A DNA stretch of 64,000 bases from Eledone cirrhosa. Taxonomy: Eukaryota. Position numbers and translations under genes: made by a program. The number at the start of each line of letters is the position of its first letter. Position 1 is the stretch's first letter. Of the stretch, positions 54,822 to 64,000 are shown one piece after another. The notes under the pieces were generated by a model that saw only the letters and a program-made list of their open reading frames with translations, ran no database searches and was not told the DNA's origin. The DNA is taken from positions 78,492,001 through 78,556,000 of the forward strand of contig OZ024746.1 in assembly GCA_964016885.1 (NCBI GenBank), in the 5' to 3' direction.

Positions 54822-54911
54822 GGTAATGAGAAATAACAAAAATAACAAAACAAACAGCACAGTATATGGAAGAAATATATTTGTTTAACGCTTGAAATAG
54901 CAGGAAGAGAG

Positions 54912-54947
54912 TCTTAACGTTTTGGACACTAGTCCTTCATAAGAAGA
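54912..54947 (-). ncRNA. Inactivated hammerhead, family H1, within element remnant 54830-55055
   Basis: UCUU-CUUAUGA-A-GGAC uagu GUCC-AAAA-CG-UU-AAGA; G5 and G12 mutated, stems intact. Confidence 0.65.
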
Positions 54948-55472
54948 ATTAGAAATAGAAGAAAATAGAAAGTAAAGAGTGATGAGAGGAAGGAACGGGG
55001 AATAATTGTGGAGAAAAAAAAACCCGTGTGTGTATTCAGTCGGCCATCTTGGAGAAATACACACACACACACACACACACACACAGTTAAATTAAATTAT
55101 ATGACATGCTTCTGCAGTTTCTGTTTACTAAATCCCACTCACAAGACATTTGTGAGCCTGAGACTATAGTAGAAGACACTTGCCCAAGTTAGTGTAAACT
55201 CTAAACTCTTTAACCACACAGCTATGACTGTGCCTTATTTTGCTCTAATATGCTTGTGAAGTTGCTGAGAGATATCATCAGGGGGATTATGAGGTTCGAC
55301 ATTTGTAAAGCCAGAGGAGAACCTGTCTAGATTTGAACCTTCGATGTTTGTTTTAAACAAAAATTTACACAAAACTTTCTGTGGTAAAAGCTTCTCAGTT
55401 TTGTCCAATTTAAAATTCCAAAATTATTTTTTCTTTTCTTTTTTTTTTTATCTGATATGTGTGTGTATAAAT

Positions 55473-55768
55473 CATCATCATCATCATCATTTTTACGTCC
55501 GTTTTTCCCTGCTTGCAAGGGTGGGACGGGAACTGATTCTGGCTTGATTTATACACCCGGATGCCTTTCCTAAAAACCAACCTCATTTACAGTGAGTGCT
55601 GGGTGCTTTTTTGCCGTGGCGCCTCCACGACCACTTTACAGTGGAATGATATGGACCCCAGTCTCTATCATCTCATTTCTACGGCTGAGTAAATTGGAGC
55701 AATGTGAAATAAAGTGTCTTGCTCAAGGAAACAACACATCACCCGGTCTGAGAATTGAACTCACAACC
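55473..55768 (-). mobile_element. SINE family B, 5'-truncated
   Basis: Reverse complement of family B from the B box to the (ATG)n tail. Confidence 0.85.
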
Positions 55769-55825
55769 TATATATATATATATATGCAAGCAGGGAAAAG
55801 CGGATGTAAAATGATAATGATGATG

Positions 55826-55877
<52 letters not shown>

Positions 55878-55926
55878 CAAATGAATGAATGAGTTACTAG
55901 CCATTATAACAAGTTCTTTATATAAA

Positions 55927-55966
55927 TCTTACATAATGTTTCACCTGCATGTGGGCTCTTCAGAGA
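55927..55966 (-). ncRNA. Type I hammerhead motif with intact core
   Basis: UCU-CUGAAGA-GCC cacaugca GGU-GAAA-CAU u AUG-UA-AGA; near-palindromic stem III. Confidence 0.68.
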
Positions 55967-55974
55967 AATGTTAA

Positions 55975-56155
55975 TATAATTGTTTCTACTTTTGGCACAA
56001 GGCCAGCAATTATCCCAGTACATTACTGGTACTTTATTTTATTGACCACGTAAGGATGAACGGCAAAGTTAACCTCGACGGGATTTTAACTCAGATCGTA
56101 AAGGGACGTAACTCTATGCTGGCAAGCATGCCCGACCCTCTACCGATACTACCAT
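55975..56155 (-). mobile_element. SINE family A
   Basis: Reverse complement of the consensus. Confidence 0.83.
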
Positions 56156-56520
56156 TAATATAATGCCATCAATAAATATACCATCAGGGCTGGTTTCATT
56201 TGCTTATACTTGCTCTGCTTGAACTATCTACTAAATATTATATCCACTCTAATATTTAACTCTGCTAACCCAAGCATTGAGCACACTTCGCTTCGGCTAT
56301 CAGCATTTAGTAATCTGTATCGCACCTCTCTGTATCTCTCTATCTCCTCCTTTCCTACGATACATATTTCCTATTATTAGATATATATATATATCTGTCT
56401 AATGGTAGCTAAGATGCTTCCATAGGTGGTATACCGGTTGAGCACTCTATGCTTCTACAGAGCAGAGTATGATAGAATGGAAAACAAAGAATCAGTGATG
56501 TATCGGAACTCAATTTATTG

Positions 56521-56609
56521 CATATTACAATTGTTTCCCTGGCGAACAGCTCGAGGTGCAATCTTGTGTGGAACGACCTGACTCTGGATTCACAGATTCC
56601 TCAGACACA
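56521..56609 (-). ncRNA. Type I hammerhead motif with intact core and long stem II
   Basis: UGUGU-CUGAGGA-A-UCUG...(about 50 nt)...CAGG-GAAA-CAAUUG-UA-AUAUG; palindromic ACAAUUGU stem III. Confidence 0.62.
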
Positions 56610-56639
56610 TCTACTGATTTCGGAGTATATCTTTTTTTG

Positions 56640-57075
56640 ACATGTGTATGTGTGTGTGTGTGTGTGTGTGTGCATCATGTATATATAGGAGTGTGTGTAT
56701 GTGCATCATATATAGGTGTGTGTGTATGTGCATCATGTATATATAGGTGTGTGTGTGTATGTGCATCATGTATATATAGGAGTGTGCGTATGTGCATCAT
56801 GTATATATAGGTGTGTGTGTATGTGCATCATGTATATATAAGTGTGTGTGTGTATGTGCATCATGTATATATAGGTATGTGTGTGTATGTGCATCATGTA
56901 TATATAAGTGTGTGTGTGTATGTGCATCATGTATATATAAGTGTGTGTGTATGTGCATCATGTATATATAAGTGTGTGTGTATGTGCATCATATATAGGT
57001 GTGTGTGTGTATGTGCATCATGTATATATAGGTGTGTGTGTATGTGCATCATGTATATATGGGTGTGTGTGTGTA
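56640..57075. repeat. Minisatellite of about 31-33 bp (GTGTGTATGTGCATCATGTATATATAG)
   Basis: Direct repetition. Confidence 0.88.
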
Positions 57076-57269
57076 TACGTAGTTCTTTCAATCCCCGCCG
57101 CCACACACTGTTCCTTTTTGTAGTTTTTGTTTTTGTTTTATTCGCCCCCCCCTCCTTCCCCACATCTTCATTAATTGCACCTCAACACTTCCACCACCAC
57201 CTATCTGTCCCCACCACCACCACACAGCTACTACCACCACCACACAGCTACTACCACAACCACACAGCT

Positions 57270-60200
57270 ACTACCAGTACTACAACTACCACCACCACCA
57301 CTGCTACAACAACTATCCCCACCACTAATACTACCTCTACCGCTACTACTACCACCACCACCACCACCACTGCTACAACAACTATCCCCACCACTAATAC
57401 TACCTCTACCGCTACCACCACCACCACCACTGCTACAACAACTATCCCCACCACTAATACTACCTCTACCGCTACTACTACCACCACCACCACCACTGCT
57501 ACAACAACTATCCCCACCACTAATACTACCTCTACCGCTACTACTACCACCACCACCACCACTGCTACAACAACTATCCCCACCACTAATACTACCTCTA
57601 CCGCTACTACTACCACCACCACCACCTCTGCTACAACAACTATCCCCACCACTAATACTACCTCTACCGCTACTACTACCACCACCACCACCACTGCTAC
57701 AACAACTATCCCCACCACTAATACTACCTCTACCGCTACTACTACCACCACCACCACCACTGCTACAACAACTATCCCCACCACTAATACTACCTCTACC
57801 GCTACTACTACCACCACCACCACCTCTGCTACAACAACTATCCCCACCACTAATACTACCTCTACCGCTACTACTACCACCACCACCACCACCACTGCTA
57901 CAACAACTATCCCCACCACTAATACTACCTCTACCGCTACTACTACCACCACCACCACCACTGCTACAACAACTATCCCCACCACTAATACTACCTCTAC
58001 CGCTACTACTACCACCACCACCACCACCTCTGCTACAACAACTATCCCCACCACTAATACTACCTCTACCGCTACTACTACCACCACCACCACTGCTACA
58101 ACAACTATCCCCACCACTAATACTACCTCTACCGCTACTACTACCACCACCACCACCACTGCTACAACAACTATCCCCACCACTAATACTACCTCTACCG
58201 CTACTACTACCACCACCACCACCACTGCTACAACAACTATCCCCACCACTAATACTACCTCTACCGCTACTACTACCACCACCACCACTGCTACAACAAC
58301 TATCCCCACCACTAATACTACCTCTACCGCTACTACTACCACCACCACCACCACTGCTACAACAACTATCCCCACCACTAATACTACCTCTACCGCTACT
58401 ACTACCACCACCACCACCACCACTGCTACAACAACTATCCCCACCACTAATACTACCTCTACCGCTACTACTACCACCACCACCACCACCACTGCTACAA
58501 CAACTATCCCCACCACTAATACTACCTCTACCGCTACTACTACCACCACCACCACCACCACTGCTACAACAACTATCCCCACCACTAATACTACCTCTAC
58601 CGCTACTACTACCACCACCACCACCACTGCTACAACAACTATCCCCACCACTAATACTACCTCTACCGCTACTACTACCACCACCACCACCACTGCTACA
58701 ACAACTATCCCCACCACTAATACTACCTCTACCGCTACTACTACCACCACCACCACTGCTACAACAACTATCCCCACCACTAATACTACCTCTACCGCTA
58801 CTACTACCACCACCACCACCACTGCTACAACAACTATCCCCACCACTAATACTACCTCTACCGCTACTACTACCACCACCACCACCTCTGCTACAACAAC
58901 TATCCCCACCACTAATACTACCTCTACCGCTACTACTACCACCACCACCACCTCTGCTACAACAACTATCCCCACCACTAATACTACCTCTACCGCTACT
59001 ACTACCACCACCACCACCACCACTGCTACAACAACTATCCCCACCACTAATACTACCTCTACCGCTACTACTACCACCACCACCACCACTGCTACAACAA
59101 CTATCCCCACCACTAATACTACCTCTACCGCTACTACTACCACCACCACCACCACTGCTACAACAACTATCCCCACCACTAATACTACCTCTACCGCTAC
59201 TACTACCACCACCACCACCTCTGCTACAACAACTATCCCCACCACTAATACTACCTCTACCGCTACTACTACCACCACCACCACTGCTACAACAACTATC
59301 CCCACCACTAATACTACCTCTACCGCTACTACTACCACCACCACCTCTGCTACAACAACTATCCCCACCACTAATACTACCTCTACCGCTACTACTACCA
59401 CCACCACCACTGCTACAACAACTATCCCCACCACTAATACTACCTCTACCGCTACTACTACCACCACCACCACCACTGCTACAACAACTATCCCCACCAC
59501 TAATACTACCTCTACCGCTACTACTACCACCACCACCACCACTGCTACAACAACTATCCCCACCACTAATACTACCTCTACCGCTACTACTACCACCACC
59601 ACCACCACTGCTACAACAACTATCCCCACCACTAATACTACCTCTACCGCTACTACTACCACCACCACCACCACTGCTACAACAACTATCCCCACCACTA
59701 ATACTACCTCTACCGCTACTACTACCACCACCACCACCTCTGCTACAACAACTATCCCCACCACTAATACTACCTCTACCGCTACTACTACCACCACCAC
59801 CACTGCTACAACAACTATCCCCACCACTAATACTACCTCTACCGCTACTACTACCACCACCACCTCTGCTACAACAACTATCCCCACCACTAATACTACC
59901 TCTACCGCTACTACTACCACCACCACCACTGCTACAACAACTATCCCCACCACTAATACTACCTCTACCGCTACTACTACCACCACCACCACCACTGCTA
60001 CAACAACTATCCCCACCACTAATACTACCTCTACCGCTACTACTACCACCACCACCACCACTGCTACAACAACTATCCCCACCACTAATACTACCTCTAC
60101 CGCTACTACTACCACCACCACCACCACTGCTACAACAACTATCCCCACCACTAATACTACCTCTACCGCTACTACTACCACCACCACCACTGCTACAACA

Positions 60201-61645
60201 ACTATCCCCACCACTACCATTACCACCACCACTAATACTACCTCTACCACTACCACTATACCAGCACCACCACCACTAATACTACCTCCACTACTACTCC
60301 TACTCCTACCATTACCACTACTACCGCCTCTACCACCTCCATCACCACCACTAATACTACCTCCACCACTACTCCTACTCCTACCATTACCACTACTACC
60401 GCCTCTACCACCTCCATCACCACCACTAATACTACCTCCACCACTACTCCTACCATTACCACTACTACCACCTCTACCACCACCTCCACCACCACCACTA
60501 ATACTACCTCCACCACTACTCCTACTCCTACCATTACCACTACTACCACCTCCAAAACCACCACTAATACTACCTCCACCACTACTCCTACTCCTACCAT
60601 TACCACTACTACCGCCTCTACCACCTCCATCACCACCACTAATACTACCTCCACCACTACTCCTACCATTACCACTACTACCACCTCTACCACCACCTCC
60701 AAAACCACCACTAATACTACCTCCACCACTACTCCTACTCCTACCATTACCACTACTACCGCCTCTACCACCTCCATCACCACCACTAATACTACCTCCA
60801 CCACTACTCCTACCATTACCACTACTACCACCTCTACCACCACCTCCACCTCCACCACTACCACCACCTCCACCACTACTACCACCACCTCCACCACTAC
60901 CACCACCTCCACCACTACCACCACCTCCACCACTACTACCACCACCTCCACCACTACCACCACCTCCACCACTACCACCACCTCCACCACTACCACCACC
61001 TCCACCACTACCACCACCTCCACCACTACCACCACCTCCACCACTACCACCACCTCCACCACTACCACCACCTCCACCACTACCACCACCTCCACCACTA
61101 CCACCACCTCCACCACTACCACCACCACCTCCACCACTACCACCACCTCCACCACTACCACCACCTCCACCACTACCACCACCTCCACCACTACCACCAC
61201 CTCCACCACTACCACCACCTCCACCACTACCACCACCTCCACCACTACCACCACCTCCACCACTACCACCACCTCCACCACTACCACCACCTCCACCACT
61301 ACCACCACCTCCACCACTACTACCACCACCTCCACCACTACCACCACCTCCACCACTACCACCACCTCCACCACTACCACCACCTCCACCACTACCACCA
61401 CCTCCACCACTACCACCACCTCCACCACTACTACCACCACCTCCACCACTACCACCACCTCCACCACTATAACCACCTCCACCACTACCACCACCTCCAC
61501 CACTACCACCACCTCCACCACTACCACCACCTCCACCACTACCACCACCTCCACCACTACCACCACCTCCACCACTACCACCACCTCCACCACTACCACC
61601 ACCTCCACCACTACCACCACCTCCACCACTACCATTACCTCTACT
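57270..61645. repeat. VNTR of about 63-75 bp (ACTGCTACAACAACTATCCCCACCACTAATACTACCTCTACCGCT plus (ACY)n) grading into an 18-bp CCACCACCTCCACCACTA array
   Basis: Direct repetition; about 43 units up to 60260. Confidence 0.95.
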
Positions 61646-61779
61646 GACACAAGTAATTGGAGTGAAGCCTGGTTAATTTATTGAAGCACTTCATCCTTGT
61701 TGCCCAATGTGTTACATAGATATGATGGATGTCCCCCCTGTGTTAATACCAGCTACCCCACTCTCTCTCTCTCTCTCTC

Positions 61780-62130
61780 TGTCATCACCACCATCACCAC
61801 CACCATCACTACCACCATCGCTACCATCACTACCATCATCACCATCACCACCACCATCACCATTGCTACCATCATCACCACCACCATTGCTACCTTCATC
61901 ACTATCACCACTATCACCATCACCACCATTACCATCACCACCATCGCTACCATCACCACCATCATCCTCATCATCACCACCACCATCGCTACCTTCATCA
62001 GCATCACCACTACCACCATTACCATCATCACCATCACCACTATCACCATCACCACTACCATCATCATCATCACCATCACCACCATTACCATCATCACTAT
62101 CACCATCACCATCACCATCACCACCAACAG
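61780..62130. repeat. (CAC/CAT)n tract
   Basis: Direct reading. Confidence 0.88.
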
Positions 62131-62434
62131 CAACATCATTCATCTTGAAATATCAGCCAGATCTTTCTTCAAAATGGCACCCTACCCATCATTATCATCA
62201 TTATCATTTAAAGTTCGTTTTCCAGGCAAGCATGGGTTGGACATCTTTAAAAAATACTGAGGGCACACATTCATTATGATCATCGTAATTATTTTATATC
62301 TGCTCTCCATGCTGGCATCTCTTGTACAGGTTGTCATAGTCTGAGACTAGATGGGGCACTGAGACTACATCTTGCTCATACATTCCATATTTTGGCATGC
62401 TTACTATGGCTGGATGCCCTTTCTTATGCCAACC

Positions 62435-62955
62435 ATTTTACAGAATGCACTGGGTGCATTTTATCAGGGCACTGACAATAACGCTTTACAGAGTGTGCTG
62501 GGTGCATTTTATCATGGCGCTCACACTAACACTTTACAGAATGTACTGGGTGCATTTTATCAGGGCACTGACACTAACACTTTACAGTGTGCTGGGTGCA
62601 TTTTATCATGGCACTGACACTAACACTTTACAGAATGTACTGGGTGCATTTTATCAGGGCACTGACACTAACACTTTACAGTGTGCTGGGTGCATTTTAT
62701 CATGGCGCGCACACTAACACTTTACAGAGTGTGCTGGGTGCATTTTATCATGGCGCTCACACTAACACTTTGCAGAGTGTACTGGGTGTATTTTATCAGG
62801 GCCCTAGCACTAAGACTGAAAAGTTGTCGCCACACTAACACTTTACAGAGTGTGCTGGGTGCATTTTATCATGGCGCTCACACTAACACTTTGCAGAGTG
62901 TGCTGGGTGTATTTTATCAGGGCCCTAGCACTAAGACTGAAAAGTTGTCGCTAAA
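62435..62955. repeat. 46-48 bp minisatellite derived from a retroposon segment
   Basis: Unit CTTTACAGAGTGTGCTGGGTGCATTTTATCATGGCGCTCACACTAACA; contiguous with an inverted SINE/RTE-UTR motif at 62405-62440. Confidence 0.85.
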
Positions 62956-62964
62956 CTAACTCCA

Positions 62965-63820
62965 AACACCACCACAAATACCGGCACCATACACCACCAC
63001 ACACCACCACTACCTCCAAACATCACCACCAAACATCACCACCACCACCAAACACCACCACAACCACACACCATCACCACCACCTTCTCCACCACAAATA
63101 CCACCACCAGACACCACCACTACCTCCAAACACCACCACTACCTCCAAACACCACCACTACCACCAAACATCACCACACACCATCACCACCACCACACAC
63201 CACCACCACCATACACCATCACCACCACCACCTCCTTCTCCACCACAAATACCACCACCATTACCACCATACACCACCACACACCATCACTACCTCCAAA
63301 CACCACCACCCACACACCATCACCCCCACCTCCTTCTCCTCCTCACACCATCACCACCACCACCACCTCCTTCTCCTCCACCACCATTACTACCACCACC
63401 ATCACCTCCTCCTCCAACAACACCACTACAACCATCACCACCACACACCACCATCACCACCACCACCTCCTCCTTCTCCTCCTCCACCACCACCACTCAC
63501 CACCATCACCACCACCACATACCACCACCACATACCACCACAACCACCACCACTACACACCACCACCACCACCTTCTCCACCACCACCACAACCACCACC
63601 ACTACACACCACCACCACCACCACCACCACCACCACTACACACCACCTCCTTCTCCTCCACCAACACAACCACCACCACTACACACCACCACCACCACCA
63701 CCACCACCACCTCCTTCTCCTCCATCACCACCACCACCACTACACACCACCACCACTACCACCACCACCACCACAACCACCACCACTACACACCACCACC
63801 ACCACCACCACCACAACCTT
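62965..63820. repeat. (CAC/CTC)n low-complexity tract
   Basis: Direct reading. Confidence 0.9.
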
Positions 63821-64000
63821 TACTCTTCCTATTTTGTTTGTTTTTAAAAGTTGTTTTGATATTCAAGTTATTTTATTTATTTTTTAATGAATGAATGTTG
63901 TAAATAAATTGAATGTATGAAATAAATGAAATATTTCACACACACACACACACACGCATACACACACACACACACACACATATACACAACACATACACAC

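Noticed and set aside
56811-61472. 1553-aa mucin/extensin-like ORF
   Set aside because: Triplet-phase VNTR open in several frames and both strands, no credible start or signal peptide, apparently inside an SMG5 intron.
44727-64000. Remaining SMG5 PIN exons
   Set aside because: No phase-2 acceptor with a matching peptide was found by eye; probably beyond the window. The upstream exon was likewise not found in 1-7774.

Overview
Eukaryotic, AT-rich, extremely microsatellite-rich animal genomic DNA; the SINE and RTE families and repeat landscape suggest a coleoid cephalopod, probably Octopus (inference). The window lies inside one + strand gene, the NMD factor SMG5. Three small exons (7775-7928, 18890-18980, 44646-44726) splice in frame into the start of its C-terminal PIN domain and are separated by introns of about 11 kb and 25.7 kb. 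The rest is intronic: RTE LINE 3' fragments, tRNA-headed SINE families (one sharing its 3' tail with the RTE), TTAA-flanked piggyBac-like MITEs, a Helitron/Helentron-like non-autonomous element, a mariner fossil, many mini/microsatellites and two adjacent long palindromes. The long ORFs in the track are repeat artefacts. The main hidden signal is about ten type I hammerhead ribozyme motifs (CUGANGA...GAAA...UH) in several sequence families, mostly with short palindromic stem III like Penelope-element/retrozyme hammerheads; five are sense to the SMG5 pre-mRNA. All alignments and folds were done by eye; no searches were run.
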